Assembly (NCBI RefSeq): GCF_000009605.1
Contig: NC_002528.1
Coordinates: 330,001-362,000, forward strand
Length of the DNA: 32,000 nucleotides
Reading direction: 5' to 3'
DNA from: Buchnera aphidicola str. APS (Acyrthosiphon pisum)
GTDB lineage: Bacteria > Pseudomonadota > Gammaproteobacteria > Enterobacterales > Enterobacteriaceae
The notes under the pieces were generated by a model. That model was given only the letters and a program-made list of their open reading frames with translations. It searched no databases and was not told where the DNA came from. The translations under genes were made by a program, and so were the position numbers. Positions within the stretch are counted from its first letter, which is position 1, and the number at the start of each line of letters is the position of its first letter. Below, piece after piece: positions 23,925-32,000 of this stretch.

Positions 23925-25367
23925 TCATACTACTTTTAAAATTCTACTAGTATTAGTTTTTCCGATTTTTCCCATAATATCACCTTGAGTTATAATAACT
24001 AACTCGCCACGACATAAAAAACCTCGTTTACGTAAAAGAACAATTGCTTCATTCGCAGCTTTAAAATTATTATTTTTACTATTAAAATATATAGGAGTCA
24101 CACCTCTATAAAGACTTGCTAAATTTAAAGTTTCTTTATTTTTTGATAAAGCAAAAATAGGCAATCCAGATGTAATCCTCGATGTCATTAGTGCAGTCTT
24201 ACCTGATTCTGTCATCGTTATAATTGCTGTAATACCTTTCAAATGATTAGCAACATACATTGCGGACATAGCAATTGCTTCTTCAATATCATCAAATTTT
24301 GCATGAATACGATGTCTAGATACATTAATACTAGGAACTTTTTCTGCACCTTTGCAAATTTTTGCCATTTTTATAACAGTTTCAGCTGGATATTCGCCTG
24401 ATGCTGTTTCAGCCGAAAGCATAACTGCATCACTGCCATCTAAAACAGCATTAGCTACATCCATAACTTCTGCACGAGTAGGTAATGGGTTAGTAATCAT
24501 AGATTCCATCATCTGTGTAGCAGTAATTACTATTCTATTTAATTGCCTAGCAGTTCGTATTAATTTTTTTTGAATACCTGCTAATTCAGAATCTCCAATT
24601 TCCACACCTAAATCGCCTCTAGCTATCATAATTGCATCTGATGCTAAAATTATATCTTCGATAGTATTTTGATTTAATACAGCTTCAGCACGTTCTATTT
24701 TAGCGATAATTTTAGCATTGCTACCAAATTCTTTAGCTAATTTTCTTGCTTGTTTCAAGTCATTACTGCATCGTGGGAAAGATATTGCTAAATAGTCTAC
24801 ATTAATTTCAGTTGCTAGGATTATATCCTTCTTGTCTTTTTCAGTTAACGCATCTGCAGATAAACCACCACCTAGTTTATTAATGCCTTTATTGTTAGAA
24901 AGTATTCCGCCGATAACAACTTTTGTTAATATTTCATGACCAGTTGATTTTATAACCTTTAATTGTATTCTTCCATCATCTAATAATAATACATCACCTA
25001 CTTTTAGATCATATGGTAACTGTTTATAATCAATTCCTACCCGTTCTTGATTTCCATTATTTTGATCTAAATTCGCATCTAATATAAAAAAATCACCAAC
25101 ATTCAAAAAAATATTATTTTTTATAAATTTAGAAATGCGAATTTTAGGACCTTGTAAATCGCCAAGCAATGCAATGTGAAAATTTAAACGAGTCATTATT
25201 TCTCGAGCTTGATTTGCTCTGGATTTATGTTCATCTTTTGAACCATGAGAGAAATTAAATCGAAGAACATTTACTCCAGAACGAATTATTTTTTCTAAAT
25301 TATTATTAATGTCTGTAGAAGGTCCTAAAGTAGCTACGATTTTTGTTCTTCTTAATCGATTTAACAT
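23925..25367 (-). CDS. pykA: Pyruvate kinase II
   Basis: ORF track gives 25403 as start, but the conserved N-terminus ([19 protein letters not shown]) begins at the in-frame ATG at 25367; [39 protein letters not shown] motifs. Confidence 0.96.
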   Translation of the reverse strand: MLNRLRRTKIVATLGPSTDINNNLEKIIRSGVNVLRFNFSHGSKDEHKSRANQAREIMTRLNFHIALLGDLQGPKIRISKFIKNNIFLNVGDFFILDANLDQNNGNQERVGIDYKQLPYDLKVGDVLLLDDGRIQLKVIKSTGHEILTKVVIGGILSNNKGINKLGGGLSADALTEKDKKDIILATEINVDYLAISFPRCSNDLKQARKLAKEFGSNAKIIAKIERAEAVLNQNTIEDIILASDAIMIARGDLGVEIGDSELAGIQKKLIRTARQLNRIVITATQMMESMITNPLPTRAEVMDVANAVLDGSDAVMLSAETASGEYPAETVIKMAKICKGAEKVPSINVSRHRIHAKFDDIEEAIAMSAMYVANHLKGITAIITMTESGKTALMTSRITSGLPIFALSKNKETLNLASLYRGVTPIYFNSKNNNFKAANEAIVLLRKRGFLCRGELVIITQGDIMGKIGKTNTSRILKVV

Positions 25368-25649
25368 AAAATACGCCTTTATTGAAAGTTTCCAAAAAAA
25401 CATTTTTACACTTTTATATAAATACTAGTAATATAAAATATTTATTTTTATTTATTAAGTTCTTTAGTAAAATTAATTATAATAATTTTTTTTATAGGTA
25501 AAATTATAGAAAAAACATTAAATAATATATTTTAAAAAAATGTGTATATATTTTAACAGTTTTATAAAATCATTCCTCAAAAACCGCAATTTAAATTATT
25601 GCATTAAAATTTTAAATTTTATATGTAAATTTTTAAAAAAGAGAAAATT

Positions 25650-27125
25650 ATGATAATAGAAACAAATCACGCTTGCGATTTAGTAATTTTTGGCGCTAAA
25701 GGAGATCTAACAAAAAGAAAATTATTACCAGCTTTATATAAATTAGAAAAATCTAAAAAAATACATAAATATACACGCATTATCGCTTCTGGTCGTGCTG
25801 ATTGGAGCACAGAAGACTATATAGAAAAAATAAAAACAGAAGTAAAAAATTTTTTAAATGAAGAAATAAATGATCTTATTTGGAAAAATTTGAGTTCTCG
25901 TATATTTTTTTGTAATATTGATGTACATGAACCATTGCATTTTTTTAGACTAAAAACGATACTTAAACAAAAAAAAAATATCATAGTTTACTATTGCGCT
26001 GTTCCTTCTAATACGTTGAATTCTATTTTTATCGGTTTAGGAAATGCACATTTAAATTCTGTTCCATCGCGTATAGTATTAGAAAAACCATTAGGAGTTT
26101 GTTTGAAAACATCAAAAAAAATCAATGATCAAATTTCTAAATATTTTCTAGAATCGCAAATTTTTCGTATTGATCACTATTTAGGAAAAGAATCAATACT
26201 TAATCTTTTTGCTTTACGATTTTCTAATACATGTCTTTTTTATAATTGGAATAATAAAACAATTGATCATATTCAAATTACTGTATCTGAGGAAGTTGGA
26301 ATTGAAGATAGATGGAATTATTTTAATATGATGGGACAAATGAAAGATATGGTGCAAAATCATCTTTTACAAATATTAACTATTCTTACGATGGATCAAC
26401 CAAAAAATATTAGTTCTGAAAGTATTCAACATGAAAAAGTAAAAATACTACGTTCTTTAAACCCCATTAATATTCATAACATAAATAAAAAAACTGTTCG
26501 AGGACAATATTGTTCAGGAGTTATCAACGAGAAAAAAGTACCTTCTTATTTAGAAGAAAATGGTGCAAATAAAAATAGTTTAACTGAAACCTTTGTTGCT
26601 ATAAAAGTTGATCTAAATAATAAGCAATGGTCCGGTGTCCCATTTTACCTTAGAACTGGAAAACGTTTAGCACATAAATATTCTGAAATAGTCGTTTTTT
26701 TTAAGAAAAAACCTACAAATTTGTTTAAAAATTTAAATTCAGAATTATTACAAAATAAATTAATTATACGCTTAGAACCTAATCCAAATATTATATTTGA
26801 TTTTTCAGTAAAAGCACCAGGATTAGAACAAGAATATAAAATAGAAAATTCCCAGCTAAAATCCAGTCAATTTAGTAAGAAATATTCTAAAAATTCAATT
26901 GATGCTTACGAAAGATTGTTATTTGAAATTATGAGAGGTGTACAATCTTTATTCGTATGCCGAGATGAAATAGAAGCTGCGTGGAAATGGATAGATCCCA
27001 TCATACATGCATGGAAAAATTCTAAAAATAATGCCCCTCAATTATATATGTCTGGTACTTGGGGGCCTAAAAATTCTGATTTGCTACTTGCTCATGATGG
27101 TCGTGTTTGGTATGAATTTCATTAA
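25650..27125 (+). CDS. zwf: Glucose-6-phosphate 1-dehydrogenase
   Basis: 491-aa ORF; FGAKGDLTKRKLLPALY, RIDHYLGKE, LRTGKRL motifs. Confidence 0.97.
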   Translation: MIIETNHACDLVIFGAKGDLTKRKLLPALYKLEKSKKIHKYTRIIASGRADWSTEDYIEKIKTEVKNFLNEEINDLIWKNLSSRIFFCNIDVHEPLHFFRLKTILKQKKNIIVYYCAVPSNTLNSIFIGLGNAHLNSVPSRIVLEKPLGVCLKTSKKINDQISKYFLESQIFRIDHYLGKESILNLFALRFSNTCLFYNWNNKTIDHIQITVSEEVGIEDRWNYFNMMGQMKDMVQNHLLQILTILTMDQPKNISSESIQHEKVKILRSLNPINIHNINKKTVRGQYCSGVINEKKVPSYLEENGANKNSLTETFVAIKVDLNNKQWSGVPFYLRTGKRLAHKYSEIVVFFKKKPTNLFKNLNSELLQNKLIIRLEPNPNIIFDFSVKAPGLEQEYKIENSQLKSSQFSKKYSKNSIDAYERLLFEIMRGVQSLFVCRDEIEAAWKWIDPIIHAWKNSKNNAPQLYMSGTWGPKNSDLLLAHDGRVWYEFH

Positions 27126-27257
27126 AAAAATCTTAAAAAATTTATCCATCTTGACTTAATTAAGATAACTATGATAGCTTAAAAATTAATTTTTTAATAT
27201 TTTTTATAAATTAAAATAACATAAAAAAAATACAGGTTTTCATATTAAAAATATTTA

Positions 27258-27284
27258 GTTTAAAATACATGAAAACACCCATCT
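27258..27284 (+). promoter_or_regulatory. Possible sigma-32 (RpoH)-type promoter upstream of htpX
   Basis: GTTTAAA (cf. CTTGAAA) at 27258-27264 and ACCCATCT (cf. CCCCATNT) at 27277-27284, 12-nt spacing, 26 nt upstream of the htpX ATG. Confidence 0.3.
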
Positions 27285-27309
27285 TGCTAATCGAGGAAGA
27301 TAATATCTT

Positions 27310-28188
27310 ATGACTCGTATTGTTCTTTTCTTATTAACTAATTTAGCAGTTATGTTAATATTTAGTCTAATTCTTTTCCTGACAGGTATTCAATCTAATA
27401 CTATTTATGGTTTATTAATTATGTCAGGTTTATTTGGTTTTAGTGGTTCTATTTTATCGTTAATTTTATCAAAGTGGATTGCGTTGCGTTCTGTAAATGG
27501 GGAAATCATCACTCATCCACGAAATGAAGTAGAAAGTTGGCTTATTAATACTGTACGTCAACAATCAATTCAAAAAGGTATTATTATGCCCCAAATTGCA
27601 GTATATCATGCGACTGATATTAATGCATTTGCAACAGGTGCACGTCGTAATTCTGCTCTAATTGCTGTTTCTACAGGATTATTAGAAAATATGACTCATC
27701 ATGAAGCAGAAGCAGTAATTGCTCATGAAATTAGTCATATCGCAAATGGTGACATGATTACTATGACCTTAGTACAAGGTGTTGTTAACACTTTTGTGAT
27801 TTTTATATCTCGTTTTCTTTCACAAATCATAAGCAATGTCATGTCAAGCAATCGAAATGAGAATAATACAGAAGAAAAAAACTCTTTCGTATATTTTTTA
27901 GTTTCTACATTTCTAGAATTAATTTTTGGAATTTTAGCCAGTATTATTACTATGTGGTTCTCCAGACATCGTGAATTTTATGCTGATGCTAGTTCTGCGA
28001 AAATGGTAGGTCGCGAAAAAATGATTGCTGCTTTGAATCGTTTAAAAACAAGTCATGAACCCCAAGAATCTGATAGTATGATTGCATTTTGTATCAACGG
28101 AAAATCCAAATCTTTTTTAAAATTATTTGCATCTCATCCTTCTTTAGAAAACAGGATAGAGGCATTATATAATCAAGAATATATGTAG
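27310..28188 (+). CDS. htpX: Membrane zinc metalloprotease HtpX
   Basis: 292-aa ORF; [11 protein letters not shown] (HExxH), N-terminal TM segments, [15 protein letters not shown]-terminus. Confidence 0.96.
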   Translation: MTRIVLFLLTNLAVMLIFSLILFLTGIQSNTIYGLLIMSGLFGFSGSILSLILSKWIALRSVNGEIITHPRNEVESWLINTVRQQSIQKGIIMPQIAVYHATDINAFATGARRNSALIAVSTGLLENMTHHEAEAVIAHEISHIANGDMITMTLVQGVVNTFVIFISRFLSQIISNVMSSNRNENNTEEKNSFVYFLVSTFLELIFGILASIITMWFSRHREFYADASSAKMVGREKMIAALNRLKTSHEPQESDSMIAFCINGKSKSFLKLFASHPSLENRIEALYNQEYM

Positions 28189-28439
28189 TATAAATCTATC
28201 TCTCTTAATAGAAGTATAGAAATATATTTCTATTAAGAAAATTAAAAAATTGAAACATATAAAACTATTTTTTAAAAGAAATTTAAATTTGCTTTTTTAA
28301 ACAAAAATGTTATAATATAAAAACATTACGCTTTTTATTATTAAATAAATTTTTCTAGGTAAAAATAAGTTACAATTCTGTTATGCATAGAATATTAAAT
28401 TTAAAAAAGTTTAGAGTAAAGACGTTGATACAGCTTCTC

Positions 28440-28469
28440 TTGCCAAATCTTAAATTCATGCCCTATACA
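28440..28469 (+). promoter_or_regulatory. Candidate sigma-70 promoter for cspC
   Basis: TTGCCA (28440-28445), 18-nt spacer, TATACA (28464-28469), leaving a ~60-nt leader before the cspC ATG. Confidence 0.4.
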
Positions 28470-28536
28470 GTAATGTTTCTGTTTTCTCCGTAAAATTAGC
28501 AATAAGACTGATAAATATTCTTAAGGAAATTACAAA

Positions 28537-28746
28537 ATGGCTAAGATTAAAGGTCAAGTTAAGTGGTTCAACGAATCTAAAGGTTTTGGTTTTATTACAC
28601 CATCAGACGGAAGTAAAGACGTTTTTGTTCACTTTTCTTCAATTCAGGGGAATGGATTTAAAACATTAACTGAAGGCCAAAATGTTGAATTTGAAATTCA
28701 AGATGGACAAAAAGGACCTGCCGCAGTAAATGTTTTTTCTCTATAA
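28537..28746 (+). CDS. cspC: Cold shock-like protein CspC
   Basis: 69-aa ORF; [44 protein letters not shown]. Confidence 0.95.
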   Translation: MAKIKGQVKWFNESKGFGFITPSDGSKDVFVHFSSIQGNGFKTLTEGQNVEFEIQDGQKGPAAVNVFSL

Positions 28747-28773
28747 AAAATATTACTTAATAAAAAATTTTTA

Positions 28774-28810
28774 AAAGCCCTCTGTTAAACAATCAGAGGA
28801 CTTTGTTTTT
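28774..28810 (+). terminator. Rho-independent terminator downstream of cspC
   Basis: AAAGcCCTCTG ... CAGAGGaCTTT stem (one internal mismatch), 9-nt loop, followed by GTTTTT. Confidence 0.75.
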
Positions 28811-29048
28811 TAAATTTTTAAAATAACATATTTTATATATAAACAAGATAATCTGTTTTGATATTAAAATACTTATATTGTAACCTCTAAATACATTTAT
28901 TATTAATAATAATTTTAAAATAAATACTAACTTCATAAATTAATTCTTCAAAAATATATTCATTCACATGACCTTTTTTTATCAAAAATATCTTTAATCT
29001 TCTAGATATAATAAATCGATACATCCTATTTTTTATGGAGTTTTTCTG

Positions 29049-30614
29049 ATGGAGTTTTTTTTAGACCCGTCAACTTGGGCCGGCTTATTAACACTAGTTA
29101 TACTAGAAGTGGTATTGGGAATAGATAATTTGATATTTGTAGCAATTTTATCAGAAAAACTACCTCCTAATCAAAGAGATAAAGCACGTTTAATCGGTTT
29201 AGGATTAGCTCTGGTAATGCGTTTGGCATTGCTATCATTAATATCTTGGATTGTAACACTTAATTCTCCTATTGTTCATAATAAATTTTTCTCTTTATCA
29301 ATACGTGATATCATTCTTTTATTTGGTGGGTTTTTTTTACTATTCAAAACTACAATGGAATTACATGAAAGATTAGAAAATAATCATCATGAAAATTCAG
29401 AAAACAAAAATTATGCAGGGTTTTGGGCGGTAGTTATTCAAATCGTTGTTTTAGATGCAGTATTTTCTTTGGATGCAATAATAACAGCTGTTGGAATGGT
29501 TAATCAGTTATTAATTATGATGATAGCAGTTATATTGGCAACATTTCTTATGTTATTAGCATCCAAAGCATTAACTAACTTTATCAACCTCCATCAAACA
29601 GTAGTCGTACTATGTCTTAGTTTTTTATTAATGATTGGTTTTAGTTTAGTCACAGAAGCGTTAAGATTTTGTATTCCAAAAGGATACTTATATGCCGCGA
29701 TAGGATTTTCTATTTTAATTGAAATTTTCAATCAAATAGCACGTCATAATTTTATGAAGAATCAATCTAGAAGACCGATGAGACAAAGGGCGGCAGAAGC
29801 AATTCTGAGATTAATGGTAGGAGAACAAAACAAAAAACAACAAATAAAAAAAATAGAAATAAATAGTCAAAAGACTGATTCTATTCAATCGTCAAAAGAA
29901 ATGGAAACGTTTAAAGATGAAGAGAGATATATGATTAATGGTGTTCTTACGTTAGCCGGACGATCTATTAGAAGTATTATGACTCCACGTAGTAATATCT
30001 CTTGGGTAAATACAGAAAAAAATACTGATGAAATTCGCATGCAATTGTTAGATACACCACATAGTTTATTTCCAGTATGTAAAGGAGAGTTAGATGAAAT
30101 AATAGGGATCGTACGTGCTAAAGAATTATTAGTAGCTATTGAAAAAAAAATAGACGCATCTACTTTTTCTAGTAAAATACTACCAATTATTATACCAGAC
30201 ACACTTGATCCTATTAAACTTCTGGGCGTACTTCGTCGTGCACAAGGTAGTTTTGTAATTGTTAGTAATGAATTTGGAGTAGTACAAGGATTAATTACTC
30301 CATTAGATGTTTTAGAAGCTATAGCAGGAGAATTTCCAGATGCTGATGAAACACCAGATATTATACAAGAAAATAACAGCTGGCTAGTAAAAGGCGAAAC
30401 AGATTTACATTCATTACAGCAATTACTTAATACTGAAGAATTGATTAAAGAAGATAATTATGCCTCTTTAGGAGGATTATTAATTGCTCAAAAAGGTCAA
30501 TTACCTATTCCAGGAGAAATAATTCATATTCATCCTTTTTATTTTCATATTGTTAAAGCAACAGAATATCGTATTGATTTAGTTAGAATTATTAAAAATC
30601 AAGATGACAATTAA
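29049..30614 (+). CDS. yoaE: TerC-family / CBS- and CorC-domain membrane protein (YoaE-like, UPF0053)
   Basis: 521-aa ORF; N-terminal TerC-like domain ([19 protein letters not shown]), then CBS pair ([34 protein letters not shown]) and CorC_HlyC C-terminal domain. Confidence 0.88.
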   Translation: MEFFLDPSTWAGLLTLVILEVVLGIDNLIFVAILSEKLPPNQRDKARLIGLGLALVMRLALLSLISWIVTLNSPIVHNKFFSLSIRDIILLFGGFFLLFKTTMELHERLENNHHENSENKNYAGFWAVVIQIVVLDAVFSLDAIITAVGMVNQLLIMMIAVILATFLMLLASKALTNFINLHQTVVVLCLSFLLMIGFSLVTEALRFCIPKGYLYAAIGFSILIEIFNQIARHNFMKNQSRRPMRQRAAEAILRLMVGEQNKKQQIKKIEINSQKTDSIQSSKEMETFKDEERYMINGVLTLAGRSIRSIMTPRSNISWVNTEKNTDEIRMQLLDTPHSLFPVCKGELDEIIGIVRAKELLVAIEKKIDASTFSSKILPIIIPDTLDPIKLLGVLRRAQGSFVIVSNEFGVVQGLITPLDVLEAIAGEFPDADETPDIIQENNSWLVKGETDLHSLQQLLNTEELIKEDNYASLGGLLIAQKGQLPIPGEIIHIHPFYFHIVKATEYRIDLVRIIKNQDDN

Positions 30615-30643
30615 AAAATTTAAAATAATTTTTTGAGAAAAGT

Positions 30644-31309
30644 ATGTCCAATATAATTTTATCAATTGAAAGCTCATTAGACTGTTGCTCAGTTGCTATA
30701 TACAAAAACGAGTATATTCATTCTTTATCAGAGAAATGCAAAAAAAAACATACTACACACATATTACCTATGATTAAAGAAATATTATCGCAAACTAAAA
30801 CAGAATTTAAAGAGTTGAATTATGTTTCCTTTTCTAAAGGACCCGGAAATTTTACAAGTATACGAATTGCAGCAAGTATTGCACAAAGTCTATCTATCAG
30901 TTTAAAAATTCCTATAATCAGTGTTTCTACTTTAGCAATTATGGCTGAGAAAACATTTCGGAAATATAAACAAAAAGATGTAATAGTTGCAATACATGCA
31001 AAAAAAAAACAAGTATATTGGGCAAAATATACAAGAAATAAAAACTCTATTTGGATAGGAGAATACACTGAATCTTTATTAGAAAAAAAAATAATTCAAG
31101 AAAAAATTGAAAATTTAAAAAAAAGATGGACTTTAGTTAGTGATCAATCTGAACTAATTGAATTTCAAAACATATTAAATGTAAAAAAAAATTATGTTTT
31201 CCTTCCTAATGCAAAAGATATAATACCATTTGTCTTATTAAAAATAAAAAATAAAAACAAGTCATTTTCTATAGAAAATAATATAAATTATTTATATAAT
31301 CAGTTTTAG
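30644..31309 (+). CDS. tsaB: tRNA threonylcarbamoyladenosine biosynthesis protein TsaB (YeaZ)
   Basis: 221-aa ORF; ILSIESSLDCCSVAIY, HILPMI, VSFSKGPGNFTSIRIAASIAQSLS motifs. Confidence 0.92.
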   Translation: MSNIILSIESSLDCCSVAIYKNEYIHSLSEKCKKKHTTHILPMIKEILSQTKTEFKELNYVSFSKGPGNFTSIRIAASIAQSLSISLKIPIISVSTLAIMAEKTFRKYKQKDVIVAIHAKKKQVYWAKYTRNKNSIWIGEYTESLLEKKIIQEKIENLKKRWTLVSDQSELIEFQNILNVKKNYVFLPNAKDIIPFVLLKIKNKNKSFSIENNINYLYNQF

Positions 31310-31332
31310 AAAAACCTTATTATTTATATAAT

Positions 31333-31379
31333 AAAAAACAATCAATGCTGAAATATTAAATATACTTCAGTATTGATTG
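31333..31379 (-). terminator. Rho-independent terminator for the min gene cluster
   Basis: On the minus strand: CAATCAATACTGA-(15 nt)-TCAGCATTGATTG followed by TTTTTT; 13-bp stem with one wobble position. Confidence 0.8.
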
Positions 31380-31454
31380 AACTAAATTTACAGTAAATAA
31401 TGAAATTCAAATTAAAATATTTTTTTGTTTTAAAATATACATTTATTTAAAAAT

Positions 31455-31706
31455 TTAATCAGGTAAAATAATATTTAACTCTAATATAGAAATATCTTCG
31501 TTTTTTTGATCTAATTGAACAGTTACCATATTCGGTTCTATATTTACGTATTTACAAATAACAGATAGTATTTCACGTTTTAATTGTGGAAAATAATCTG
31601 GTTCGTTGTTGTATTTTCTTTGTTCTGCAACAATTATTTGTAATCTTTCTTTTGCAACATTAGCAGTGTTTTTGTTCCGGGATAAAAAAAAATCCAATAA
31701 AGCCAT
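31455..31706 (-). CDS. minE: Cell division topological specificity factor MinE
   Basis: 83-aa ORF; [30 protein letters not shown]. Confidence 0.95.
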   Translation of the reverse strand: MALLDFFLSRNKNTANVAKERLQIIVAEQRKYNNEPDYFPQLKREILSVICKYVNIEPNMVTVQLDQKNEDISILELNIILPD

Positions 31707-31709
31707 ACT

Positions 31710-32000
31710 CTATCTCCCGAATAAACGTCGTAAAAAACTTTTTTTTTCTTCTTCAATAAAACGAAAATGACGCTCTTCACCCAACAATCGATTTACGGTA
31801 TCACTGTAAGCGCATCCTGCATTTGAATTAATATCTAATATTATAGATTCCCCTTGATTGGACGCACGAAGAACGGATTGATCTTCTGGAATTACACCTA
31901 TTATAGGTATTTGAAGAATATCTAAAACATCTGTCATGCTTAACATTTCTCCTTTTTTAACACGTCTAGGATTATAACGTGTTAATAAAAGATATTCTTT
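31710..32000 (-). CDS. minD: Septum site-determining protein MinD (C-terminal part; gene continues past window end)
   Basis: The frame stays open to base 32000 (KEYLLLTRYNPRRVKKGEMLSMTDVLDILQIPIIGVIPEDQSVLRASNQGE...); the listed start at 31946 is an internal Met. Amphipathic C-terminus FIEEEKKSFLRRLFGR. Confidence 0.95.
   Translation of the reverse strand, partial: KEYLLLTRYNPRRVKKGEMLSMTDVLDILQIPIIGVIPEDQSVLRASNQGESIILDINSNAGCAYSDTVNRLLGEERHFRFIEEEKKSFLRRLFGR

Noticed and set aside
24352-24573. 73-aa ORF on + strand antisense to pykA
   Set aside because: Shadow ORF within conserved pyruvate kinase coding sequence.
25368-25403. 12-residue N-terminal extension of pykA ([12 protein letters not shown]) in the ORF track
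   Set aside because: The conserved pyruvate kinase N-terminus begins at the downstream Met (MLNRLRRTK); the extension is probably just in-frame upstream sequence.
29885-30202. 105-aa ORF antisense to yoaE
   Set aside because: Overlaps conserved CBS-domain coding; likely shadow ORF.
30820-31068. 82-aa ORF antisense to tsaB
   Set aside because: Overlaps the conserved tsaB core; hydrophobic low-complexity shadow ORF.

Overview
This window is an ordinary, gene-dense, very AT-rich chromosomal segment from an obligate insect endosymbiont. Protein content, gene order and base composition fit Buchnera aphidicola, probably the Aphidinae/A. pisum-like lineage; this assignment comes from memory of family and gene order, not a database search. 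Gene order: fldA(-), phrB(+), ybgI(+), sucA(+), sucB(+), gpmA(+), pfkA(+), glpF(+), tpiA(-), ihfB(-), rpsA(-), cmk(-, frame-disrupted), aroA(-), serC(-), serS(-), trxB(+), infA(+), aspS(+), znuB(-), znuC(-), a ~1.3 kb non-coding spacer, pykA(-), zwf(+), htpX(+), cspC(+), yoaE/TerC family(+), tsaB(+), minE(-), minD(-, truncated by the window end). I see no mobile elements, phage genes, CRISPR arrays, defence genes, rRNA or tRNA genes, and no convincing novel system. The best second-look items are: (1) cmk is split by an apparent 1-nt loss in an A9 homopolymer, a candidate for rescue by transcriptional slippage; (2) a 1.3-kb degraded spacer sits where znuA/mepM/lpxM lie in E. coli, leaving znuBC without an adjacent znuA; (3) several intergenic dyads are likely terminators or regulatory hairpins; (4) there is a possible sigma-32-like site upstream of htpX.
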